Source: Tricharina praecox
Lineage: Eukaryota
NCBI RefSeq assembly: GCF_024521635.1
Contig: NW_026250403.1
Span: 310,001-374,000, forward strand
Length of the DNA: 64,000 nucleotides
Direction: 5' to 3'
The notes beneath the pieces are model-generated. The model was not told the DNA's origin. It searched no databases and saw only the letters and a program-made list of their open reading frames with translations. This document shows, in pieces, positions 1 through 13,000 of this stretch. The translations under genes were made by a program, and so were the position numbers. The first letter of the stretch is position 1; the number at the start of each line of letters is the position of its first letter.

Positions 1-1209
1 GAGCTCGCTCACAGGAAAAACAAGGCGACCGAGTACCACTTGGGGCTGCTGAAGGGCAAGCTTGCGCGGCTGCGCGCAGAGCTGCTGGAGCCCGGTCCCG
101 GCGAGAAGTCCGGCGGCGCCGGAACGGGGTTCGACGTGTCCAAATCCGGAGGTGCGTTCTTATGCTTATGGGGAGGGTGCGGTGGGGTGAGGGGTGTGAC
201 GGGATGGGATGGGGCTGATGGAACGAGCGGATAGATGCCCGGATAGCCCTTGTGGGGTTCCCCTCTGTCGGAAAATCCACGCTGCTGTCGAAGATCACCA
301 AGACCAAGGCGGCAGTGGCGGCATATGCGTTCACGACGCTCACGGCGATCCCGGGAGTGATGGAGTACGGCGGGGCAGAGATTCAGATTCTCGATTTGCC
401 GGGGATCATTGAGGGCGCGGCGGAGGGCAAGGGACGAGGGCGGCAGGTCATCTCCGCCGCGAAGACGAGTGATCTCATCATGATGGTGCTCGATGCGACA
501 AAAAAGGCGGAGCAGAGGGCGCTGCTGGAGAAGGAGCTCGAGGCAGTCGGCATTAGACTCAACAGGAAGCCGCCGAATATTTACCTCAAGGTCAAGAAGG
601 CCGGTGGTATGAAGATCAATTTTATGTCCCCACCGAAATACCTGGACGAGAAGGTGCGTTCCTCCGAGTGATACTCCATGCACGCACGCATATCTAACCC
701 AACCAACCCAGATGATCTCGCACATCTGCCGCGACTACAAAATGCTCAACTGCGAAGTGCTAGTCCGCGACGAGAACTGCACTGTCGACGATCTGATCGA
801 CGTGATTCTCGCGCCGCACCGGAAGTACATCAAATGCCTATACGTGTACAACAAGATCGACTGCATTTCTCTGCCGTACCTGGACACGCTCGCGCGAGAG
901 CCGCAGACTGTCGTCATGTCGTGCGAGCTCGACCTGGGAATCACCGATGTCGTCGACCGCGCCTGGGAGGAACTCAACTTGATCCGGATATACACCAAGC
1001 GGAAGGGCATCGCCCCGGACTTCTCGGAGGCCCTCATCGTCAGACAGAACTCGACAATCGAGGACGTCTGTAACCAAATCCATCGCAGTCTGAAGGAGAA
1101 GTTTAAGTATGCCCTCGTGTGGGGCGCCAGTGCGAGACATGTGCCCCAGAGAGTCGGCCTGAATCATTATGTGTGCGATGAGGATGTGGTCAGTATCGTT
1201 TCGAAGTAG
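1..1209 (+). CDS. RBG2: Developmentally regulated GTP-binding protein 2 (Obg-family DRG GTPase), 5'-truncated by window edge; introns 152-234 and 654-711
   Basis: Spliced product has [19 protein letters not shown] (G1), YAFTTLT (G2), DLPGIIEG (G3), YNKID (G4) and a C-terminal TGS-like region (KYALVWGAS...DEDVVSI); C-terminal half resembles yeast Rbg2 from memory; both introns GT..AG with branch sites and restore frame. Confidence 0.93.
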
Positions 1210-2758
1210 TTACCCACAGTAGCAAAAGACGGGGGGAAATTGACACAGTATGTATTAATGAAGTATTTGGCCTGGCCCCGTGCCAGCATGGTGATCTACC
1301 TATGTACCAACCACTCTTGCAAGCTTAAATGCTTAGAATTAGCATACAGACTGCGGTGTTTGAATCACGTGCACAGTACCAAACAAAGCGGGAGTTCTAC
1401 CTATTGTAGTCAAGCTGTAGACGGGCGGTGCGAAACGGTGTACAGAATATGCTGCTTGTATAGTAGGCAGCTTATTTTCGAATCGATCAACTCAACGAAC
1501 TCGAGTTTACATGTGTTACTACTAGGTAGTAGGTAGTTGGATTTTATGCTGCAAGCCATTAGAGTAACTCCCATCGCTATGCTATGAGGCTTATGATTGG
1601 CATAGGTATCAGAGAAGCTGGGTTTTGGAGATTGTGGCTGCCCTCCAGGATGGAGTCGGTCGTTATGTTATGTAAGTAGTACCAATCAACCACATCCGCA
1701 TCCGCATCCTTCCGCCGGCAGGATTCCTCCTTCACTGAGTCCTCCCATCACCCAGGTACAGCTCCTCCAGTATCCCATAGATAGACGTGGTGTCAATCCA
1801 GTGTCAATCGCTACCCGTTTTTTGCTACTGCACCTACATAAGAGGTAGGGTGGTGGTTCTGGTTCTGTTTGCAGATATCACGATCACGCAGAATCAAGTC
1901 CAAAGAGAGTAACCAAACAAGCACCATCCCAATTCCTTTATGACTTGACACCAGTTCGATTCCATTCCATCGATTCCATTCCCTCAAACAATCCCCCAAC
2001 CCAACCCGTCCCGTGCAAACCTCAGGCCCCTTAGGCTCCTCCCTTCCTGATACTTGGATACCCATCCCCACTCCCACGGTCCCACCAGTATGTATACATC
2101 CTACGTACTGATACACGCAAACACAACAAGAAAAACACAAGATGCACCGCTAAAGTATAGTAAAGTAAGAAGGGTTATGTAAAAAAAAGCGCGCAACTAC
2201 AAATCCGGTATATGTAAGAACCCCTCGCACTCACACAACAAAGCATCCCACTTCCACCACCACTACCTTCTGGCCACGAAGGAAAAGAAAAAAAAAGAAG
2301 AAAAAAAGGTGTAGAAAGGGGAGGGCCAGAGAAAAAACCGAAAAGAAAAAGAAAAGAGAAACAAAAACAAAAACACATGAGAAAACACGCTCCGTAATCC
2401 CCCCATTCCCACTCCCTCCCCGCCCCCGCCACTAACTGCCCTGTACTGCCTTGCGACTCCCCACCCCACCCCCCATTGTTTTCTGATATCCAAGTTCGCG
2501 CCTTTTCGTAAGTAACATACGATATAGTTACCACCCAACCAAGCAACCAAGCAACCAAGCCAGTTTCCCAACACGCCTATGATAAGATAGTGAAAAACAA
2601 TGAGAGAGAGAGAGAGCAAAAAAAAACAAAAAAAATGGATGATAGATGGTACAGATCGAGGGGTGGGGCGGAAACAAAAAAAGCAAAATCAACCGTTATT
2701 AACGACAATGGTAGAAGCTGACATAGGAGAAAAAACTCAAATCGGTATATATCCAAGT

Positions 2759-4552
2759 CTAATCGGCCTTGACATCTGAAACTTCGCCGTCGTGAACCAA
2801 CGTCGCGGATGATGACGTGGTGGTGGGAGTATGGCCCTCGTCGATATCGTCATCCTTGCGACTTCTTCGAGTTGCGGCATCTTCTGATGATTCCAACGTG
2901 CTGATCGTAAGTTCTGGTGTATTCTTCTGTGGTGTAACCACCTCATCCTCTTCCGGAATCATATCCTCCTCCTCATCGTGCTGTGGCGCTGTGGTGGATC
3001 GAACGGCCTCCTCCTCTTGCTCTTCGGGAATAGCTTCATCCGAAGAGTCTGACTGGGTGTTGTGCGTGGCGGGTATTGTGGCAGAGAAGCGCTTGCGTGT
3101 TGGCGACGGTGCGCCGGTAGAGAAACCGGGCTGGGCCTCGATGATGAGCGAGGGGATCTCGCGGCTGTTCCGCTTGGGGCTGGATCCATGCGACGAGGTC
3201 TTCGATCTAGGCGGGGAGCCAGATTCCACCGACATCCCTCCCATCGCCGAACCGGCGCGCAGGGCAGGCTGGAACTTCGAGGACTCAACTCGCTCGTGAA
3301 CTTTGCTCGCCGAGCTCTTGGTTGGTCGCATCATGCGCGAGAGGAAATCGCTGCTGGGTGCGGGAATGTGGTGTGCGGCCGAGGACGCGGGGCGGCTGGA
3401 TCGGCCACCTTCTTTGTCCGAGATGGTGGATTTCTGCCGCCTGAGGCCTCTCTCTGTGGACCTCGAGGTACGGGTAGCTGCCGCGGCGGATGGTGGTCGG
3501 CGCGCGACGACGGACTCGACGGGGACACCGCCCTGCTTGGCGACCCAGCTGGCCGTCGGCGCAAATGCCGATCCCTTGAGTTCGGCTGGCTTGGTGGCCT
3601 CCTTGGGATCCGGCTTCGGGACTGGTTTGTGCGTCAGAACTGGCTTTGGCTTCGGCGCAGCCATGACGGGCTGTCGGGGCTTCGTTGGAGGCTTCGATAC
3701 AGGCTTGGGTGCTGGGGGAGCCATTGACTTCTTGGGAGCAGTCGTAGAATTCACCGGCGCGGATGGTGTTCTTGTGTGAGTGCGTGTGGGACTGCGAGAA
3801 GGAGGCAGAGGAGAAGGGGTTTTTCTACCGGCCGCCGGAACAGAAAGGTTCTTCGCAGCCGGTTTGGAAGCTTTGGACGCTAGCACGGACGAGGGCTTTG
3901 TTTGTGTCTTGCTGCCCGGTGCTTCTGCTTTGGGCGCTGTCTTCTCCTTCTTCGGCTGTTCCTTTGTTGCCAGCTTATCCTTGGCGGACTTCGTTTCCAC
4001 CTTTGGTACAACTGTCGCCGATTTCTCGACAACAGGCGCAACCTTCGCACTCTCCGTCTTGGTGCCTGGGGCTGGCAGAGCTGGGATCGAGCTCTCGATC
4101 TTTGGCTCCTCGGCCTTCGCGGCGGGTGTCGCGACGGGTATTGTGGCGGCGGGTGTCGCGACGACGGGAGGGGGAGCGTCCTTCTTGGGCGGATCCGCCA
4201 GATCCTCCGCCGATGTGATCTCGACTTTTGCAGTCAAGGCAGGCCCGAAAGGAGAAGCGCCAACGGTCGCGTCGGCACCCGGGGTCGCCGGTGACGATGG
4301 CGACATGGGCAGCTTCTGTAATCCGAACCCCGCGCCATCCTTCGCGCCCACGGCCACGAAGGAAGTCCGCACTCGACTCAGCGGCTTCGGACCGGGACTC
4401 AGCTCGCGATTGATCGGAGGTGCTGTGCCGGGGGAGCTGGGTGCCGACGAGCCCTTCTCGAACATGGCGAGGAGGTTCTTGACGCCTCCGCCGCCGCCAT
4501 TCTTTGCGCGAGCCCCTCCGATCTGGCCGGATGACTCCGGAGAGGCCATCAC
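2759..4552 (-). CDS. Low-complexity Pro/Ser/Ala/Lys-rich hypothetical protein (~597 aa), possibly cytoskeleton-associated; true start uncertain
   Basis: Long uninterrupted ORF; basic Pro-rich middle, acidic tail; frame stays open upstream of 4552 without an ATG. Confidence 0.75.
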   Translation of the reverse strand: MMASPESSGQIGGARAKNGGGGGVKNLLAMFEKGSSAPSSPGTAPPINRELSPGPKPLSRVRTSFVAVGAKDGAGFGLQKLPMSPSSPATPGADATVGASPFGPALTAKVEITSAEDLADPPKKDAPPPVVATPAATIPVATPAAKAEEPKIESSIPALPAPGTKTESAKVAPVVEKSATVVPKVETKSAKDKLATKEQPKKEKTAPKAEAPGSKTQTKPSSVLASKASKPAAKNLSVPAAGRKTPSPLPPSRSPTRTHTRTPSAPVNSTTAPKKSMAPPAPKPVSKPPTKPRQPVMAAPKPKPVLTHKPVPKPDPKEATKPAELKGSAFAPTASWVAKQGGVPVESVVARRPPSAAAATRTSRSTERGLRRQKSTISDKEGGRSSRPASSAAHHIPAPSSDFLSRMMRPTKSSASKVHERVESSKFQPALRAGSAMGGMSVESGSPPRSKTSSHGSSPKRNSREIPSLIIEAQPGFSTGAPSPTRKRFSATIPATHNTQSDSSDEAIPEEQEEEAVRSTTAPQHDEEEDMIPEEDEVVTPQKNTPELTISTLESSEDAATRRSRKDDDIDEGHTPTTTSSSATLVHDGEVSDVKAD

Positions 4553-6932
4553 GACGTGTTTCGGTGTCGGTACTAGCCCCGGGGTACGGCGTTCGAACTT
4601 TGAGATTATGTCGTAAATGGCGGGCGAGCTGTTGGCAGGGGCGCCGGTGATGGGGTTTATGTTGGGGGGGAAGGCTGAGGGTGCTATGTCTGCGAGATTT
4701 GGGGGGTGTGTTTTGCTATGTTGTGTGGTATCGTTGGTGGTGTCGGTGGTGGTGGTGGTGGGTTTGGTGGGTTTGGTGGTGGTGTTGGTGGTGGTGGTGA
4801 ATGTTTCGGGTGGAGAGCTGTTTGACGACGGGGAGAGAGGGTGTCTCCTGAATAATGGGCCTGTCTTCTGCCTGCCGGTCTTAATGAGAGGTGTTCAGGA
4901 AAGAAAAAGAAAAAAGCAAGTAACAGAGCAAGCAAAATCTGTCCGTCTGTTTGTTTTCCCCCCCTCCTCTGTCTTTCTGTCTTTCTGTGTCTCTTTCTCC
5001 CTTTCCCACTCTCTCCCTTTCTCTTTCCCTTTCCCTTTCTAACACACCGCGCGAGGGCGGGCGAGGGTATTCACTTCTAGAGTACTTGTAGGTACGTACT
5101 TTGATATTGGAAGAGACTTACCACACACGCTTTGGGGAGCTAGATATCTAATTTCCTAGGGAGCAACACTGGCTCTCTTCTCTCTCCCGATATGGGGGGT
5201 GGGTTGGAGTCGAGGAGTGCGGTTTCAGGAGAAATCGAAGTGGACGCTTTTTTCCTTCCCACACACCCTTTTCCTGAACCAGATAGGACGAGGAGATATC
5301 GTCGGACGCGAAGATAGGGCAGTACGAGATGGGGCTTTTTTTTCCCTTGCTGTTGTGCAGGTTTTGGAGAGGCGAAGGTGGGTTTTGGATTTGGGTTGGA
5401 GGTGGGAGCGTTGTTTTTGGGTTGGGGTGGATGAGTGAGTGAGTGGGTGATGAGGGGTGGAGGTAGCGGTGGAGTTGGTGGAGGCAGCGGTGGAGTTGGT
5501 GGTGGTGGTGGGAGCGCGTGTGATGGCTTGCGAGAGATTGATTGCGCGCCGGTAGTGCGATTTGAGCGAAATAACGGGGGAGGAGACGGAGGAGGGGGGG
5601 GGACAGCACGGGGGGATTAAGAACTCTTTCTTCGTCTCGGGGAGGAGGGGGCGGTCGGGCAAGAGACAATGACAATTGTGTGCATGCGGAATTGTTTTGG
5701 TGGTGGGTGTCAGATTAATCCGGTCTGTCGGCCGCCTTGCCTGTGAAATGCTGCAAAGGCAAAGGCACTGAGAGGGGATGATGGTGTGCGGCGCAGAGTC
5801 GCCTGTCTGGGTACGCGATCAGTCTGATGTTCCACCCACCACCCACTGCCCAGTGCCCACCATTTGCCCCCAACCAACCACCGCCAATTGACGAGCGCCT
5901 AGCAAGATGGTTGGAGCATGAGGCAGAGAGCGCCCGCCTCCTTCGATCCGTCGCTTTCTCTCTCCGTCGCAGAAGGTTTGCATCTCTACTCTAACTACTG
6001 CTCTACAGGTACTCTGTCCGCCCCTGAAGAAGCCGTGTCCCGCTAACCGACCAATACGGCATCACAGGTACACAGGTGGGTAGCAACCACGGCGATTCGC
6101 GAACAGCTGGCCAGTCAGCCGGCCAGGAGGAGAAGAAGAAGATGTCTGCTCAGCGACGGGCGAATCAAGCAAGCGAAATCGACGGAGGGAGGGGAGGGGA
6201 TCTGCCTGCTGCTATCCTGAGGCACATACCTCTACTGCAGGTACCGCTTACGGCCGTTAGCACCGAAAAAGCATCTTCTACATAAGTTCTGGCTAAGCTC
6301 TCACATCACTGCCACAGAACTGACTGCATACGCGTTTCTATTCTTGCACACACTTCTAAGTGGCCACACTGCACACTGCCACAGCTTCTGTCGCGAAGCC
6401 ACAGTCTCGTATCGTCGCGTCTATCGAGAGATCTCAGAAAGGACACGGTGGCTAGTGCGACCGGTCGTGCGAGCTCGAGGCTGCACTGTAAATACATGAT
6501 AGAGCTGCAACTCTGTCCGCTGCGCCAGCTAGCCCCGCTGGGTGGGGAGTAGAGTAGGTGCCATGGTAGTAGGTGGTTTCGCTGTATATCGACGGGTTTC
6601 ACCTGTACCAATGGTATCCCTCCGATAAAGTACCTACCTGGACGGGCGCGGGTCGCTGGTGCGCACGTAGATATCTGCTTGCTTGGGTACCTAGAGTAGA
6701 TACCTGCTAGTATGGTAGAGGTAGAGTGCTGTGGCTGCATGTCATCATCATCATCCAATCCCTCCCCCACTCCCGCGAACAAACGAAACAACTATGATCT
6801 AAGAAGTATCTACCCCACCAAAGCACCCGCCAGCTGCATCCACCAGCAACGACAACCAGCAACACCCAGCAACGACAACCAGCAACACCCAGCAACAACT
6901 ACTATACACCACAACCAAAACCCTCTCCCGCA

Positions 6933-7842
6933 ATGGACGAACCCCCAGCCAAGCGTCACCACCAGCACCCTCCTTCCAAGGGCGGGCGAGCATCGCAGCC
7001 AGTCGACACGACCGCCAAAGACGCCGAGCTCCTGGCGAGCAACAACCCATTCATGCCAATGTTCCTGCACTTCCGCGAGGAGCTGGACACGCATCACGAC
7101 CGTCGCGAGCGCGTGATCAAGGCCTCGCGCGACGTCACCGCGCTGAGCAAGAAGATGATTTTCACGCTGCAGCGGTAAGCTCGCCCGCACCTCCGCCGTC
7201 CAGTCTACAGTCCAGTACAACTAACCCCGCACCCCCCACAGCGCACGCAAGCTCGCCGCGCCACTCCCCGCGGCTCTCGAGGCAGAGTCCTCGCAGCGCC
7301 TATCCGAGATCCACTCCGCGCTTTCCAGCATCGCGGCAGACCTGCAAGGCGTGAACGCGCAGCGGTACCAGCGCAACATTTCGGGCGGGCTGCAGGAGCT
7401 GATGGAGGCGCTGGCGTTCCGGCACTACCTCGTGACGGGGACGCTGCTATCGTACACTGCTGCTGCTGCCGACCCCGTGCTCGCCGGGATCGAGCTCACG
7501 GTTGCGGATTATATACTTGGAATCTTCGATTTTGTAGGCGAGGTTATGCGCTTCGCTATTACTATGGTTGCGCTTGCGGGCGGGGAGGGGGGCGATGCGC
7601 ACAGGATTCTGCTGGATTTGAGGAGGATCCGTGAGGAGTTTGAGGGCGTGGATACGATGCATCGTGAGGGCGGCAGCTACATCGGGAAAGATGTTGACAG
7701 GAAGATGGTCGTCATGAAGCAGTGCGTCGAGAAGGTTGAGAACGCCGTGTATGGCGTGATCGTGAGGGGGAGTGAGAGGCCGAAGGGTTGGGTGCCGGAG
7801 ATGGAAACGTTACCGATGCAGGTCGGCGGGAGGGATGAGTAG
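6933..7842 (+). CDS. TSNAX: Translin-associated factor X (TRAX, translin family); intron 7175-7241
   Basis: FREELDTHHDRRERVIKASRDVTALSKKMIFTLQR, SGGLQELMEA, DYILGIFDFVGEVMR, KMVVMKQCVEKVENAVY..VRGSE motifs; GTAAGC..CTAAC..CAG intron joins the two ORFs in frame. Confidence 0.9.
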
Positions 7843-8536
7843 TGGTTATTATAATTTGTGTATGCTACACATGACGGCGGGAATGGCGTTTGGTCGGAAT
7901 CTTTATGGGTTTTGTGGTTTTTCTCGCTCTCTTCTTTCTCTCTTTATTCTCTCTTCCCTGCAAAACCGAATGTACTACATGGAGAGAAAAAACGCTTGCC
8001 TGCTACACAGCAGGTATCGTACGTACTGGTTAGAGTAGCCACCAGCTCTCGGTCAAATTCACAACGAGACACAAGAACAAGAAACAAAACGTAACGACGA
8101 ATGAGTGCGGGTACAGGTGCGGGTGCGGAAACATCACACCGTGGGTGCGTGTGGTCTGTGCATGTCCGAACAGCAGTATCTAGACTAACCAGCGATAGCG
8201 TCGAGGCAATCTCGCTACTAATGAAATGAAGTCATGGGGGTTAGTTGCTCTACTCTATGCTAGTTGTGCAGCACGGGCCGCTTGGATGGATGGGTGGACA
8301 TCATTTGTATGCACAGTTCGGAAGCTGCACACTCGGGATGTCCGGGTGTTCCGTGGGTGGGGCAGTTGCATTAGAAATATATACTCTAGATACCGAGTCG
8401 GCGGCAGTGGATGACGAGCGAGCTTCTGGAGGCTGGAGTGGTGGATTCGACCGTTCAGACAGAACGTTCCGTGATACTCGCACTGTCCGAGTGATGGGCA
8501 GTTCGAGTCACCATCCTGTCTGCCCTACCTAGAGTA

Positions 8537-8680
8537 TCAATGGAACAGCTTATGTATCAATGGAACTGCCCGCCAATGGAACTGCCCGCCAATGGAACTG
8601 CCTGTCAATGGAATTGCCTGTCAATGGAACTGCCTGTCAATGGAACTGCCTGTCAATGGAACTGCCTGTCAATGGAACTG
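8537..8680. repeat. 16-bp minisatellite (YCAATGGAACTGCCYG), ~8 copies plus one degenerate copy
   Basis: Direct reading: units start at 8557, 8573, 8589, 8605, 8621, 8637, 8653, 8669; degenerate unit at 8537. Confidence 0.95.
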
Positions 8681-9703
8681 TCGTATGAGCAGCCGAAACT
8701 CTAGAGTGCCGAATGTCAAGTGTCGAGTGTCGAAAATCGAGTCGAGAATCGAGAGTCGAGAGTCTCGACAGCGGGTTTCAGCTTTCAGGCTTTCAGGCTT
8801 TCGGCATTTGGCGGGGAGCATTCGACACTTGTCACCATAAATTTAGATTTTGGCATGCACAGTGCATACTGCGGTGCAATTTAGGTACATAGAGGTACAT
8901 ATCATGTACGTTTCTTTTGACCGAGCCGTCAAACCCGAATTCCGAATTCCGAATTCCGGGGCTTCCGGGCTTCGGTTGTCGCCTGTGCTCTATATCTAGC
9001 AGGACGGAAGCTGGACGGAAGCTGGACAGTGGGAGACTTGAAGTTGCATCTCGATTCCCAAAGTTCTCCGCTGCCATAGATATTTTTGGGCTCGGAGGTC
9101 TAGACTTCGAATTCCATTGTCCCGGCGATGGTCTTTGCGGCCGAGAGTTCAGACGATGTTTCGATGGATCTCCATGAGTCGTTCGCTCGGATCGGCACGT
9201 GCGAACCTACCTGTTGCCGGTAGCCTCGTCTCGACCGGATGAAAGGTCCTCTGGCCGATGAAAGGGCCCAAATGGCCAGCCGAACCTAAATCCATCATCC
9301 AACATTCAGGGTACCTTCCTAACCCTGAACCCTAATTCCACTTGCAAATCTCGTCCCCATATTCCAAACTGTTATCTACAGACTACCAGTGACCACCCCA
9401 CGGATTTAGCCACGGGTTCGAGACAGAGTGTTTTGCCCCCTGTCGTTGGCAGCCGCAGAGTACATACGGGTATGTAGGATTTCCCCCCCGCCAGAACGAT
9501 CACCATCTGCAGCCTGCAGCCTACAGGGATCGCGCGCGCGCGGCAGGGCGACCGACCGACGGAACGTTGGCGCCGGCTTAAGGCCACAGTAACTAGCTTA
9601 CCTATGGTAGTTACTCTGGGTAGATAGCTGTCAATCGTGTCCAGCTTCAACCTCACCCACCTTCAGCCAACAGCGGAAAGCACAACATCGCATTGTCACC
9701 GAG

Positions 9704-10894
9704 ATGTGGGCACCACTGCAATGCTTGCAGATGACGATTCTCCTCAGCAGTGTAGCGCGGGGCTTCTTCGTCGCGCCGTCAACAACGGCGCTGCGCCGCC
9801 TCTCGCGGCCGTCCGACTCCGACTTCGATGTGCACAGCGGCGCGCTGCTCGCGCCGATCCTGATCCCGCGCGTCCCCGGAACCCCAGGCTCACTCAAGGT
9901 GCTGCGGCACTTCCAGGACTTCTTTGGCAACTCCCTGCCCGACTGGAGCGTCACCACGCAGAACTCGAGCTACACTACCCCGCTGTCAAAGGGGAAGAAA
10001 ATCCCCTTCGTCAATTTCGTGGCTACGAAGGATCCGCCCTGGGTCGCCCCCGGTGACGTCGGCCGTCTAGTCCTCGTAGCTCATTATGATTCGAAGCTCA
10101 CCCCAGAGGGGTTCATTGGCGCTACGGATTCCGCGGCCCCGTGCGCGATCATCCTCCAGGTCGCCCGCTCGATCGATGCGGCCCTGACGAGGCGCTGGAA
10201 GAAGCTGAAGGAGGAGGGGGATGAAATGGCGATGGAGGAGGAGCGCGGAGTTATGGTGCTGCTGTTGGACGGCGAGGAGGCGTGGCAGAGCTGGACGGAC
10301 ACGGATAGTCTTTACGGGGCGCGGTAGGTCACTCCCCTCTGTAGTCTGCAAGGAGAGAGAATGCTAATACCGGGCAGCGATCTCGCGCAACACTGGGAAT
10401 CGCAATACCACGCCCCGCTGTCGGCGCGGAAGACACATCTCGCCAACATCGACCTCTTCATCCTGCTGGACCTGCTTGGCTCAGCCGCGCCCAAGATCCC
10501 CTCCTACTTCCCGACCACGCACTGGGCGTACACGGGCTTCGCGCACCTCGAGCAGCAACTGCGCGCCGAGGGGCTCTTCGCCTCGCACAAGGCGAACCCG
10601 GGCAGCTGGTTCCACGAGGTCGACAAAGACAAGGGCCAGTGGTACGGCGGGATGGTGCAAGACGACCACGTGCCGTTCATGCAGCGCGGCGTCGAGGTGC
10701 TGCACATCATCCCCTCGCCGTTCCCCCGCGTCTGGCACGAGATGATCGATGATGGTGACCACCTCGATATGGACACCGTCAAGGACTGGGCAGTGCTCAC
10801 CACGGCTTGGATGGTCGGCGCGCTGGGCCTCGAGGATTATTTGGAGAGCCCAGCACCGGCCCCCGGAAGGAGAGGTACGAAAACGGAGCTGTGA
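9704..10894 (+). CDS. Glutaminyl-peptide cyclotransferase-like protein (peptidase M28 family); intron 10324-10377
   Basis: LVAHYDSK, FIGATDSAAPCA, LDGEEA..W...DSLYGAR, LLDLLG, QDDHVPF, WH...DD motifs; hydrophobic N-terminus; GTAGGT..GCTAAT..CAG intron. Confidence 0.92.
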
Positions 10895-13000
10895 TCCGTG
10901 AGCCGCTGGAGAGAGGCTGATGCGCGTGCGTGCTGGACTTGTAGGATAGTAAATACCATACCTTACCATACCTTACCATACCACACCGAGCCGATGGACG
11001 AATCGAAGAGACCTGTAGAAAAAATGTCGCTACTTATGCCTGTTCTGTCACGTTTATCGATCCGAGTGGTTTGCCTTCATTTAGCGGCTGAAGATGTGGT
11101 TGTGATTGATTATTGATATCAAGTCCCGCCAGTCCAGTCCAGTCAAATGAGTCCTTTTGATATCTGTGAGTACAAGTCATGTAGGTAACTCTTTTAAGTC
11201 TGGGTGGCCATCCGCTATTTATTCACCGTAATACGGTAATTATTGCTTCACGTCCGATTTGTGTTGTGCTTTCCACACGGGTAAGTACTATAGGTACACT
11301 GTATTCATGGCATCTCAATCGTGCGTTTTCGGAACCAAACCGAGCCGGCGGCCTTAAACCTTTGTCAAATTGCTTGCGGTCGTGCACGACGACATTAGTT
11401 AGAGCGCGGTTAGTTGCTGTCGCATATCATTTGTCAGTAGCAAACGCGACAACAACCGACGAGGTGAAAGAACTTACGGTTCTTGTTAGTTACTATTTAC
11501 GACGAGTGAGCGAACCGACAATCTCACAGAGGATCCGGGAGGAGAGGAGAAGAGAGCCGGGAACTCCAGGCGCAAGTGCAAACGGTGCTACTATAGCTTC
11601 ACAGCCGCTACCGCTGCTGCCGCCTCCTGCACCGCATCGACACCACACCACCTAGTTAAGCGGCCAAACCGGAAACGGAAACGGAAACTGACGGGACATC
11701 GAATACCATACCGGCCGGCCGGAGAAGCAGCTACGGAGTAGGTACTTATCGACTCTCGTGCACTCGCTCGGAGCATGCCGGTGTGAATACCGAGCTTGAG
11801 CAATCCCTAACTAGGTACCGTCAACACTGGCCGCGGCCCCGGGCCAGTACTTCTCTATGGCATGGTGAGATGGATGAGGGTTGAGCGGAAGTGGAAAGGG
11901 AGAGGGAAATGGAAAGGGGAGAAGAGACGGGTGAGATTTGGAAGAGAGGGAAGCGTCCCGTCGTGGGTTGACAATGCTCGCGGCAGGGGCGTATAGGGAC
12001 TGGTATGTGACCGTCACCGTCGGTGGGAGCAGGAACGCCAGGCCGCAAAAGGCATGGAAATCCCATATAAAGGATTTGGAAAACCTTCGAACGAAGGGAC
12101 AGAGGGCAGGTGGGAAGAGCGGGCGAGTTAGCCCGTAGGGGAGAGAGGAGAGGTGGGAAGGGGCGGGCGGGCATGCAGGCCCATTTCAGTCTTTACCGTG
12201 TATCTACTTTTCTGGGACAGCCCGGGGCGGAGGGCAGGGAAAGCCACATCGGGCCGCTCGGTGCAAGCCGGGTTGGACAGTGGCGTGGAAACGGGGGGTG
12301 AACGGAGTGATATTGCCATGATCTAGCTAGGTCGCATGCAATCAATGATTAAACAAAAACAAGGCCTCAGTCAAACTGGCAGATACCCCCCCATCGAATG
12401 CTATGGTCCGATTGGCAGCAGTCTCGACTGGATAGACCGATTCTGCCCGGTTCGGTTTGACGATTGACGCACTCTACCTATACATATAATTACCAGGCTA
12501 GGAGTCGGACCAGTGTTCGCTATATCAGCCGGCTAGTGGGCTGCGAAGTGCCTAGCAGACTGGGTTGGACGTTTTGATTGAGCAATACTAACTGTCCGGT
12601 CAATGTGTTCCAATGGGTGATACCTAGGTTAGGTAGGTATCTCAGATCCCACGCTTTGGAGACTTCCGAATTTCGACCTATAAGTACCTACTTAATGTAG
12701 GTAAATGCAATGGTAGAAGGCGTCTTTATGAAAGGTTAGCTATACATCGGTAATACGCCGTGAAACATAGGTTACTCACCATACGAATCTGCACCTTCTT
12801 TGTTCTTGTGAGACGTCCCAGCCACAGTTAGCCGCCCTTGAGAGGAGATTGCAGTTTACCCCGCATGGTGAAGCCGCAGAGCTCCCTGGGAATCGCCCAC
12901 CATCAAATCAACTACCTACACCCCATAATTCTTTCCCCATACCGTGGCCACGCTGCAATCATCGCCACCAGTTTTTCTTTTCATCCCCCACAAAAGCTAA

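Noticed and set aside
2817-4616. Long plus-strand ORFs (e.g. 3780-4616)
   Set aside because: Antisense shadows of the GC-rich minus-strand gene
4684-5675. Pro/Thr/His-rich ORFs upstream of the 597-aa gene
   Set aside because: Derived from (CCA)n/(ACC)n low-complexity UTR/promoter sequence
8537-8680. Possible CRISPR-like array
   Set aside because: Units are contiguous with no unique spacers; eukaryotic context, no cas genes
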